Assembly (NCBI GenBank): GCA_030704615.1
Contig: CM060733.1
Span: 51,088,001 to 51,152,000, forward strand
Reading direction: 5' to 3'
DNA from: Takakia lepidozioides
Taxonomy: Eukaryota > Plantae > Bryophyta
DNA: 64,000 nucleotides
A program made the position numbers and the translations under genes. The first letter of the stretch is position 1. Each line of letters starts with the position of its first letter. A model generated the notes under the pieces. It ran no database searches. It was not told where the DNA came from and worked only from the letters and a program-made list of their open reading frames with translations. Of the stretch, positions 49,050-60,958 are shown piece after piece.

Positions 49050-52000
49050 TCCAACATCATGGATGCTCACCAAGTGTTCAACATAATGCCTCAACATCTT
49101 TGATCACGTGGAATATAATGTTGGCAGGATTTACCAAGCATGGGTGTGGTAGGAATGCTTTGGAGACCTATGAGCAAATGTTGCGTGAAGGGGTGAAGCC
49201 CAGCCACATCACATTTGTTTGTGTTTGCAATGCGTGTGCAAGCCTGGGAGCTCTGGAAAAGGGGAAAGAGGTCCATGGTGACATCGTCAAAGCTGGAATT
49301 GTACCAGTTGTCATTCTGGACACTACCCTGGTGGACATGTATGCCAAATGTGGGTGCATTAAGGATGCGAAGGGAGTTTTCAAGGATTTACCAAGCATGG
49401 GTGTGGTAGGAATGCTTTGGAGACCTATGAGCAAATGTTGCACGAAGGGGTGAAGCCCAACCACATCACATTTGTTTGTGTTTGCAATGCGTGTGCAAGC
49501 CTGGGAGCTCTGGAAAAGCGGAGAGAGGTCCATGGTGACATCACCAAAGCTGGAATTGTACCAGATGTGATTCTGAACAATATCCTCGTGGACATGTATG
49601 CCAAATGTGGGAGCATTGAGGATGTGGAGGGAGTGTTCAACACTATGGCTGAACAAGATGTGGCACGGGTTGGAGAGGACACATCGTCACGTGTAGCACA
49701 GGCTATTTCTGTGGAGCGATGGACTGAACAACACATCAAGTGTTTGACAAGATGGCTGAACAAGATGTGGTCTCACGGAGCACAATAATTGCAAGATATG
49801 CTCAGCATGGGAGTGGCAGGGAGGTGTTTGAGATATATGAGCAAATGATAAGGTGTGACACCCAACAAGGTCACATTTGTTTGCCTTCTCACCGCATGTG
49901 CCAACTTGGCGGCCCTGGAAAAAGGCAAAGAGGTTCATGCTGACATTATCAAAGCTGGAATTGCACGAGATATCATTCTAGAGACAACCCTCCTTGACAT
50001 GTATGCCAGATGCAGGATAATGTCCGTGAAGTGTTTGACAAAATGGACAAAATGGACATCACGTTTGTGTGTGATTGCAATGCTTGTGCAAGTCTGGCAG
50101 CCATGGAAAAGGGCAAAGAGGTGATCAAATGATGGGGGAAGGGGTGAAGCCCAACCACATCATGTTTGTGTATCCATTTGCAATGCATGTGCAAGCCTGG
50201 CAGCCCTGGAAAAGGGCAAAGAGGTGCATGGTGACATCACGAAAGCTGGAATTGTACCAGATGTCATTTTGAACAATACCCTCATGGACATGTATGCCGA
50301 TTAATGTGGGAGGTATTTCAGCAGATTCTGTCTGTCTTTTGCTTGAGTGCATCAAGATGAAAGGTCTGGAAGCTAGAAAGCAGGTGCACACTCACATTAT
50401 CCAAAGTGGATTCATGCCAAGGATGCGAAGGGAGTTTTCAACACTATGGCTGAACAAGATGTGGTGTCGTGGCACGCTATGCTTGCAGGGTATGCACAAC
50501 AAGGACGTGGGTTGGTGGCTTTGGAAACCTATGATCAATTGATGGGGGAAGGGGTGAAGCCCAAGCACATCACATTTGTTTGTGATTCCAATGCTTGTGC
50601 AAGCCTAACAGCCCTGGAAAAGGGTAAAGAGGTCCATGGTGACATTGCCAAAGCTGGGATTGTACCAGATGTCATTCTGAACTCTGCCCTGGTGGACATG
50701 TATGCCAAATGTGGGTGCATTGAGGATGCAAAGCAAGGAACTTATGTGTACTCTGCGAAGGGGTGAAGCCCAACCACATCACCGTAGTTTGTGTTTGCAA
50801 TGCGTGTGCAAGCTTGGGAGCCCTGGAAAAGGGGAAAGAGGTCCATGGTGACATCGTCAAAGCTGGAATTGTATCCGATGTTAATCTGAACAATGCCCTC
50901 GTGGACATGTATGCCAAATGTGGGAGCATCGAGGATGCGAAGGCAGTGTTCAACTATATCGCTGAATGAAATGTGGTGTCGTGGAATGCGATGCTTGCAG
51001 GGTATGCAGAGCAGGGGCGTGGGATGGAGGCTTTGGAGACCTATAAGCAAATGATGGGGGAAGGGGTGAAGCCCGACCACATCACGTCTGTGTTTGCAAG
51101 CCTGGCAGCCCTGGAAATGAGCGAAGGGGTGCATGGTTGCACCGTAAAAGCAGGAGTTGGTGAGAAGAATGATGAAGGTCAGAGGGGTCATAAAGGAGCC
51201 AGGTGGCTGCTGCATGAGATTTGCAACAGGGTGCACACCTTCGCTATAGATGATAGGTTGCATCCCATAATTAAGGAAATCCATGCTGAGCTGAGAAGAT
51301 TGTCTGGGCAGATGAAAGGAGGCGGGGTGACACGCGCTTTGTATTTCATGATGTGGGGAAGGAGGAAAAAGAATTTTCTCTTTGCCACCACAGTGAGAAG
51401 CTGGCCATTGGTTTTGGGCTGATCAGGTTTGTGTGCGTTTGCAGTGCGTGTGCAAGCAGCCCTGGAGAAGGGCAAAGAGGTGCATGGTTGCATTTCCAAA
51501 GCTGGAATTGTACCAGATGTGATTCTGAACAATACCCTCATGGACATGGATGCCAAATGTGGGAGCATTGAGGATGATGGAGGGAGTGTTCACGCTTGCA
51601 GGATATGCCAGCAGGGGCGCAGGATGGAGGCCTTGGAGACCTATGAACAAATGATGGGGGAAAAGGTCAAGTGCAACCACATCACGTTAGTGTGCGTTGG
51701 CAATGCTTGTGCAAGCCTGGCAGGCCTAGAAAAGGGAAAAATGTGGGTCCAGATTCAGCACCAGCGGCACAATTCATAAAATCAGGCACTGCTAATGAAG
51801 GCACCTTCTTCAAAACATTTCACCCTGTTTTCCCCTCTTATCGAAATTGTCCTTAAATTTTCATGTTGATTTCTGCAAGAGACTGGTTGAGTGAACCTTT
51901 GATAGTTTGCAATGCGTGAGCAAGCCTGACAGCTTTGGAGAAGGGCAAAGAGGTCCATGGCGACATTGTCAGAGCTGCAATTGTACCACATGTCATTCTG

Positions 52001-52560
52001 AACAATACCCTCGTGGACATGTATGAAGGGAACAATATGGCTGAACGAGATGTGGTGTCGTGGAACTCGATGCTTGCAGGGTATGCACAGCAGGGGCACA
52101 GGATGGAGGCTTGGGGACCAGATGTTGTACTATGTAAGCCCAGTAAGACCAAGGAGTAGTTGAGCAGCTCAGTCTCAACCCTTTCCTAGTGCCAACAAAC
52201 TCTGATGTGGATTCACGCCAAGAAAGGTCTGGAAGTTGGAAAGCAGGTGCACACTCACAAGCATTGCAGGGTATGCACATCAGGGACGTGGGATGGTGGA
52301 TTTGGAGACCTATGATCAAATTATGGGGGAAGGGGTGAAGCCCAACCACATCATGTTTTTGTATGATTGCAATGCTTGTGCAAGCCTGGCAGCCCTGGAA
52401 AAGGTCAAAAGAGGTCTATGGTGACATTGTCAAAGCTGGAACTGTACCAGATGTCATTCTGAACTCTGCCCTAGTGGACATGTATGCCCAATGTGGGTGC
52501 ATTGAGGATGTAAAGCAAGGAACTTAGGTGTACTCTGTTTATGTACTGGGTGTGGCAGGG
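49050..52560 (+). pseudogene. Second array of degenerate PLS-PPR fragments including an E+/DYW N-terminal piece (about 51150-51425)
   Basis: Same P-L-S repeat sequences as 40850-43000; NRVHTFAIDDRLHP and [15 protein letters not shown] are embedded mid-array. Confidence 0.9.
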
Positions 52561-54261
52561 AGGCTTTGGAGATTGTGAATGGGTAATGCCTGGTAGGTGA
52601 ACCTCATGTGTATTATGATGCCTGTGCCAGTCTTTGAGCACTGAAAAAGTGCAGATGGATCTTATATGTATTTGTAAGCCTATACGTTCTGATGTGAGGT
52701 TCTCTGGTTTTATGACAGGAACAAAACAATTGTGAGCAGGAAGTGAAGGGCCATCTCCTATTGGAATTCCTCAATCAACATAGCTGGGCCTGAATCAAAC
52801 ATCAATGGACTAGGCCTTTCGTCTTCACTAGGTGTTGCTGCTAAAAAAATAACCGATTGTGAGAGGGTCCCTAATCGAATGATGCTTCCAGGTACAGGTG
52901 AAGCAGATGAATATAACATACTGTTACATCGCACTTTGCACCTAACTTCCCAGCAAAGCGATGTAGCATCAACCTCGGTCTGAGAGAGAAAGCCACCGTT
53001 TTATAGATTAGCGTGATTAATTTTAAAGTCGCACTCTTAGGGTTTAATTCTCCTAAAAAACCCACCGATATATACTTTCATCTGCCCCTACCTCTCTCTC
53101 TCTCTCTCTCTCTGTGCACCATACATACAAACAACCATATCAAAGTCGGAAATAGTCGACACAATAGACACTGTAACGGACCAACAAATCCAGGAAATAA
53201 CCCACCAAGACATGACAAACGTAATATACGACAATTTCATGTCCAATGACCATCATGCCCTAAAGGTGGGGAACACATGGAAGCGTCTGCCCTACAGTAC
53301 AAACTTCCACAGCGCCTTGCGGAACGTCCCTTTCAGACCGTGAAGAAATAGCAATCTTCGTAGGTATTGCAAAATTCCTCTACTTTGGCAAAACCGGGAA
53401 TTACAGATTCATGACTGTCGCCGAAGAACTAAAAGATGCAAAATTCACAATATTGATAGAAGACAGCCATTTCTTGTTCGACTACGCAAACACAATACAT
53501 AATGGTTTGATAATTGGAGGAGGAGAGGCAAGGACACGACGTGGATGGGTGGAAACAACATGAGCTTCACGAAAAAGCTCCAAAAACTAACGCAAACAAC
53601 TCTGGCTCGACGTCCGGTAACCACAAACGTCAAAATACAAACAACGACGAGATGTACAATACAATAGAAGTCCTTAACGAAAATGGCCAAAAAATGGATG
53701 GAGAATCCGTACGTTCACGGGATCTCGTTGCAGTCAAGTGTAACATCCGATACTGGATGAATTTCCGTCACAAGAAACACGGGCTTTCATTCCAACTAAA
53801 AGGGGTCAATCTCTTGGCCAAAGCACGAGAGGAGACAGAGTCGAATGACGACCATTGGAGCAAAATGATAGCTTGGTAGAGCTTAAATTAGACACATCTG
53901 AACGTTCCATGTAAGGGCCACCATATTTTATAAAGACCATCCTCCTTCTCCTCTTCAAAAGTCTATATTTTGTCCCAATGCATGCTCACAACAAATAATA
54001 ATAAAATACTGATTTATCATAATCCAAATCTACTTGTTGTACCAAGACGACCCATGGAAAACCCCTCCAACAATCGGAACTACGTGACCGACATTTTGGC
54101 AGGCTGCATGATCTGTACTCTCTCTCATGATCCTGGAGTATGGCCCATCCGTCCGGATGTCCTTCTTAGAAGTCATCGCTAGTAGTGCGGAGCAACGCGA
54201 AGCCCTAGTATAGTATAATCTGTATAGATAGACTTTGTAGTGATATGTTTATAACATGTGT

Positions 54262-54325
54262 ATGGGTAGCTTAGTGGTAGAGATCTCCCTTCCTAGCCAA
54301 TCAATTGGTGTTCAATTCCTAACAC
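54262..54325 (+). other. Degenerate tRNA-like A-box/B-box sequence (SINE-like head)
   Basis: TAGCTTAGTGGTAGA followed about 35 nt later by GTTCAATTCC; no full cloverleaf. Confidence 0.35.
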
Positions 54326-55028
54326 CTCAATGTTTTTTTGATAGCAACCTGGTTTGGATGATAAAGTTCCTAAATATGAAAAAGGTGGCCGCGGAGGAGG
54401 GCAAAAAGGTGACTACAGAGGAGGATGATAATCAAAAGGGTGGCAGAGGGTTACAAAAACAGAATGAGAATGTCATTTATTCATTGTTTTTGGATGAAAG
54501 GACACATGTCAACAAGTTTAGGACTTAAAATTATTTATTTAAAAAAATAAAAATAAAAATAAAAAACCTAAAACACACATCTTCTTCCTTTTTTCATTTT
54601 TTTCCTCTCCTCTCTTTAGGCCTTAGGGCTGCTTGCAAGTTGCAGAGCGTGCTTCGCATGCACTTTATGTTAGTATAAGTAATCACTCAAGGCTGCGATT
54701 AAAGAGAGCTAAGGTGAAGGCTGCGATTGAATAGACCTAAGCGGCAGCTGTACAAATTCCGTGCTCGAAGTAATGGAAGGAGCCGTAATGCGTCGACAAT
54801 TCCTTTACTATGATACATGTTGGTCTGTTCGGGGAGATGCCATGGTCAGGATTGAGGCATCATCGTGATGGAGGACACTACTATACAAGACAATGGAGGA
54901 GGGAGAGAGCCTCACCTCAATCTTTGATTCATTGCATGTTGTAAGCAGATTTGAGAGTTTATGTGGTTCGTGCATATGCTGCTTTGTCTTTGTGAGGTCT
55001 ACTTTGAGTTGCATTTGTCTGCTGTCTC

Positions 55029-57142
55029 ATGGCTCCCCTAAGAGTGCCGAACAACTTCAAATACAAGTATTCTTTTAGCGACAGAGTTCCTGCAACAGAT
55101 GTTGCTTCGTCCAGTAATGTCAATGTGGATTCTTCCGAACCTGAGGCCATTCTGTTGGATCCAGCCGAAGCTAAAGCTGCACTTGACATAGCAAGGAAAT
55201 GTGATAGGGTCTACAACAAGAACCGTCATTTTCAGGATATTTGGGTTGTCAAACTACCCTGGGCCGAATCTGTTGTTGGGGCAGATGGAAAGGTTCATGG
55301 GGTGCGGTGCAAAATCTGCACACACATTGGAAGGTAAAGAGAAGTTACTAGTTCCTAAACTGGATTCATTGTGGAAGCATGCAGGTCGACGCAAGGCTCG
55401 TGTGGCATGCCTGGTGTGGTAGTGGGACAACATTACTTTCTGAAAACAAATGTGCATCTGCAAAATGAAAGACTCTTTGTTGCTGCAGGTCGTTATTCAG
55501 TGGTGCAACAGGTACAGGGTATGATTGTGAATAGGAAGAAAAAACTTGTCCAGTTTGCCCTTGTTTTCCACCTCCTTGCTCAAGGTCATCCTATGACAGA
55601 TTTATGAGGCCATGCAGGATCAATTTTCATTCCTGAAGGTACCTCACAATCCTGCTAAGCACTGGTTTGACTGTTTAGGGTGGGAAATGGCTGATTGCAT
55701 GCACCGGAGTGTTTTGAGGGCCATTGCAGAAGCTGTGGGGGCTTCTAAATTCATTTCCATAAGTGTTGATGAGGTTATGACCATTGATAATCAAAGTTGG
55801 TTATCTGTTCATGCATATGTGGTTCAGAACAGGAGAAGGATTCCAATTCTGCTTACACTTGAACGTGTTCTTGAAGGGAGCAATGCCGACAACCTCAAAT
55901 GGATGATGGTGGGTGCCCTAATGACATTTGGTGGCTTGTCCGAGCAACAAATTGCTGAGTGGCTTGTGTGCATGGGAGCATATGGGGTTTCAGTTTTCCA
56001 AGGTATCCGCATGGGAGTGACTGTGCAGCTTAGGGATCAGCATGCACCCTACATGATTGGCGTCCATTGTATGGTCATCGCACAAACTTGGTTGTGCAAG
56101 CATTGTCTACTCTACCAATGGTCTCCAAGTTGGAGGATCTCCTCCAATCATTGTATGGGTATTTCTCCACCTTTCCCAAGCATCATCTTGAATTTACTAA
56201 GCTCGCTGAGATCGTGGAAACAGAATGACTTAAGATATTGAGGAATGTGAAGACAAGGTGGATTAGCATGCTAGAGCCCTTGAAAAGGGTATTGGGAGAG
56301 TACAAAACCTTGATTGTCAAAATGTCACTTGAAAGTGGATCAGTTGCAGCAGCGAAGGCAAACCTGGATCATTTGTGTGACATTCAAACCATATTGGGTT
56401 TGCCATGTGTTTTGCCTTTGTTGGAGACTGTCAATTCCCTCATCAAATTTGCTCAATCAAGGGATGTGTTTATTTGTGATTTTATGGCCGCTATTAAGAT
56501 ATGTCAAGCCGATGTCTATAGGATGTATTCAGATCCAGCAACTGCTTTTTAGCCTGAGGACTTCCCAGACTTCAATGATGTGGTCTCGAATTCTTCTTGT
56601 AGAATCACTCAATATTGGGTTACAGATCTAAACACCGGCAATGACACATTGGCATTTTCATCATGGAACAATCTTACATGAATCATTCTATGTCACTGTT
56701 GACTGGGCAGCCTCGTGCAGTGGATAGGGAAGGCTTTGTTTAGCATGTTGCAAGCATCAAGGAACAGTGTACGATGGCAACAAACCTTCTTATCAGTGAG
56801 CTTGAAAAAAGGTTTCCAGATTCTGAGATCATGAATGCTCTTGGAGTGGTGTATCTCCAATACTGGCTGCAGTCCGAGTGTGAGGCTACATTTTCTCTAC
56901 ACATGGCGGTCATCAAACGAGCTTATTGTGTTTCCAAGCAAGTAACACCTGGAGGTACTTGGATTTCTGAGCCCCTCAATGGCAATTTGCTGGAAATACA
57001 AACTTCTTTATTTAAATTGACAATGAAAACACAGGCAAAGAAGGCCATGGAGGAGCCTTTCGACATGAACCCCGTGACAAAACTCTGGCATAAACTCTCT
57101 TCCAATGGCCTCATTGTTCAACGCCTTGGTGAATTCATGAAG
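55029..57142 (+). pseudogene. hAT-superfamily transposase relic, 3'-truncated by the adjacent gypsy element
   Basis: N-terminal zinc-finger-like LPWAE...RCKIC...WKH, first catalytic region FISISVDEV, GVHC, and NVKTRWISML (hAT RW motif). Multiple stops and frameshifts. Confidence 0.8.
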
Positions 57143-60100
57143 CCCAGTATCTAGTACTCCAGTCCAGTTTCCAACATTCCAGTATTCAAGTCATGTTCCA
57201 ATATCTTGTACTCTTGTTCATTGTTATAAAGATCATCTTGATTCCTATTTACTCATCGTGCATACAGCCACGCCGACCTTAACTTCTTGTCTAGTCTTGT
57301 ACCTCTAGTCTGATCTCTTGTTTGTGTTCAGTCATGTTCTCGTCCTTGACAGTTTGACAAGACTAAAGTTTGTTCTTTAGTTAGTTAAGATGGAAGGTAC
57401 ATTTGCGGAAATGGTCACCACATTGCAGAGTCTTCAGCTCCAAATGCAAGAACTTCGTACATCTACCGCCCAATTGCAAGCTGATCAGTCTCAAGATCTT
57501 GGCAACGCTCTCCACAATTTGCAACAACAAATTTCAGAGTTAAAGGAGTCGAACAATGGATCTTCAACCATACGAGTCCCTACTGCAACGGTTTCTCTTC
57601 AACAGATTACAAGAGAACCTAAGATTAGCATGCCCGAGAAATTTGATAGGACGAGATCAAGATTTCGCGGTTTTGTTCAACAAGTACGACTATTCCTACG
57701 ACTACATCCACAACGCTATCCCGATAAAGGTATTCAAGTGGGATTCGTGGGCACCCTTCTGTCAGGCACTGTCCTATCTTGGTTTGCACCGCTATTAGAA
57801 AAAAAATCGCATTTACTATACATTTTTGAAGCATTCATGTCCGAGTTCACTGCAAAGTTTGGAGAAAATGATATAGAGAGAGTTGTAGAAACAAAGATGC
57901 GAAATCTTCGACAATGAGCACGTTCTGCTTACGTTTATGCTGCCAAATTTCGACAACTTGCGTGCGACCTCGACTGGAATAAGAAAAGCCTCATTAATCA
58001 GTTTCGATGTGGACTAAAAGATGATGTAAAAGATTTGTTGCTGACAATGCCAAACGTGAGCACACTGAGTGAATTCATCACCCAAGTCATTGCATGCGAT
58101 AATCGTTTGTTCGAAAGACGTCTAGAGAAGCGATCTGGATGGTCTACGACGCATCATGTCACTGCTACTACGACACCAAACACAACAATCCATCAGACAT
58201 CCAGTAGTGATTCTATGCAGATTGATGCTGTCCGATTCAAGCCATTGACACCACAAGAAAAACAAAGACGGCGCTCGAATGGATTATGCCTCTATTGCGG
58301 AGAAAAAGATCACATAGCATTAAACTACTCCAACAAGAGAAGATTCAAAGCTCGGGGCACAACTCAAGTGTTCGATACGAGGAGGTCGGAAAACGAAGAT
58401 GTCCAGTCACAGTAGGGACCATGCGGCATGACACTACAAATTCCTTACCGAAAAAATGTCTCTTTTTACCTCCAGACCCTACACCTTGATTCACAGTTCC
58501 GGTAAAAATCAGAGTGCAAAATCGAGATATCACTGTAGAAGCACTTTTGGACTCTGGAGCTTCAGCTTGTTTTATGGACAAAAACTTTGCGAAGCAAAAC
58601 AATTTAACGCTCGTAAAGAAGAAACTATCGGCCCCCATTGAAGTCATCGATGGACGACCATTAGCATCAGGAAATGTGGACCATGAAACTCGACCACTTG
58701 AAGTGAAGCTTAAAGATCAAGCATCACATATTGTTTTCAATGTCATCCAGTCTCCAATGAATCATGTGATCCTTGGACTTCCCTAGTTCGTACTTCACAA
58801 TCCTGACATCGACTGACGATCGCGAAAAATTTCTGCAAGACAAAAATGTAGAAATATCAAAGGTATTCAACCCATATTCCTTGGAGCTAGAGCTTTCATG
58901 AGAGCTACCAAAAAGGAGGCGGCATTTGCACTTTATGCGACTCCGATCAAGACCACAACAGACAAAGGTACTTCAACATTACCCGCTCAATATCAAGATT
59001 TCAAAGATGTCTTCGAGAAGAAAAATGCAGACATATTGCCAGAACATCGACCTTATGACTGTGCAATTGAGTTACAAGAAGGAGCCCAACCACCATTCGG
59101 CCCAATCTATATTTAGCCCAGACGGAGTTGGTTGCATTACGTGAATACATTGATGAAAATTTGTCGAAGCACTTCATCCGACATTCAAAATCACCCGCGG
59201 GGGCGACTATCTTGTTTGTAAAAAAGAATGACGGATCATTACGCATGTGTGTCGACTATCGCGGTCTCAACAAAGTCACAATCAAGAATCGTTATCTGTT
59301 GCCGCTGATTTTTGGGCTTCTCGACCAGCTGGGACGATCGAAGATTTTCATCAAAATCGACTTGAGATGAGCTTATAACTTTGTACGGAAAACAGCTTTT
59401 CGAACAAGGTATGGACATTTTGAATACAGTGTTATGCCTTTCGGTCTTACAAATGCTCCAGCAATTTTCCAACATATGATAAATGACATCTTTCGAGAAT
59501 TTTTAGATGACTTTGTAGTCATCTATTTGGACGACATTTTGATATTTTTACAGAATGAAGAAGAACATGGCCGCCATGTACGCCTTGTCCTTGATAAATT
59601 AAGAAGAAAAAAACTATATGCTAAGTTGGAAAAATGTCTTTTCCATCAATCTGAGGTCGAATTTCTGGGCTACATTATTTCCGACAAAGACGTCTTTATG
59701 GATTAGAAGAAAATACAAACCATCATCGAGTGGATTAAACCAACTTCGGTCCGAGATGTACAATGTTTTCTGGGCTTTGCAAATTTCTATAGAATCTTCA
59801 TCAATGACTACTCCAAAATTGCTGCACCATTGACACGACTCAAAGGGAAGGACAAATTTTGTATGGGACGAGAAGGCTGACCAGACATTTGAAAGGCTGA
59901 AGCAAACATTTACAACGGCTCCCATACTGGTACATGCAGACCCATCTAAACCATTCTTCTTAGAAGCAGATGCATCGGACTTTGCACTTGGCGCGATACT
60001 CTCTCAATACGGTACAGATGGCCGACTTCACCCTGTTGGCTTTCGTTCTCGCAAATTTTCCGCTGCGGAGATCAATTATGAAATCCATGACAAAGAACTT

Positions 60101-60958
60101 CTAGCGATTATCGATGCTTTTAAGGAGTGGCAACATCTATTGGAGGGAGCTAAACATCAGGTCACTGTCTATACCGATCACAAAAACCTCGAATATTTTA
60201 TGAGTGCTCGTGTTTTGAATCGACGTCAAGCGAGATGGAGTATGTCACTAGTAAGGTTTGATTTTGTTATTATCTACCATCCCGGACATCTTCAAGGAAA
60301 ACCAGATGCTCTCTCTTGACAATCGTATCTTGCGTCAAAAGAAGGGGATGCAGCTTTTGACCAACAAAAATCCATCATCCTAAAACCAGCAAATCTCCAA
60401 TTGAATATGTTATCCATGTCCACCTATGACGATGCAGAGATCATAAAGGAGATTCAGGAAGCACTGAAGAGCGATCATTTTGCTACGACACTACGAAGTC
60501 AACCAAATCAACCTCGAGACAACCTACATGTTACAAACGACTTCGAATTCAAAGATGGCTTACTTTACTTCAAGGGACTTCTCTATGTACCTCCAGGACC
60601 TACACGATTTCAAATTCTTCAAACATGTCATGATCTTCCGGCTGCAGGACATTTCGGCTTCAATTGGACAGGCTACGACATCAGCGAACGAACGTGGGAA
60701 CCTTCATCCAACCTCGTCAATGCCTCTGACAAAGTCCAAGAGTTTCATCAACGATATCCAGCTAAGCCCCGAGCTACACGTCAATGAGACGTCACAACGA
60801 TGATGTCAGCCAAGCTAGCTTCAAGGAGAAGACTCCACATTCAATGTATCTGATACACGCTAAGGAGGGAGGAGCACCACACATCATTATATATAGCTAC
60901 ACTTCCAGCACTCTTGCATCTTGTATTGGCAGCATGGTGTCACAAGAACCAGATACAT
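57143..60958 (+). mobile_element. Second Ty3/gypsy chromovirus (Tcn1-like), integrase core deleted, LTRs partial
   Basis: gag 57390-58415 (PEKFD, MQID, LCLYCGEKDH; stop at 57915), PR LLDSGA, RT YLDD and RNase H EADASD. The GHFG motif is joined directly to the chromodomain WTGYDISERTWEP. Confidence 0.9.

Noticed and set aside
54183-54209. Possible Helitron 3' end (GC-rich stretch then CTAG|T)
   Set aside because: The hairpin is weak and no matching 5' TC end or Rep/helicase sequence could be identified.
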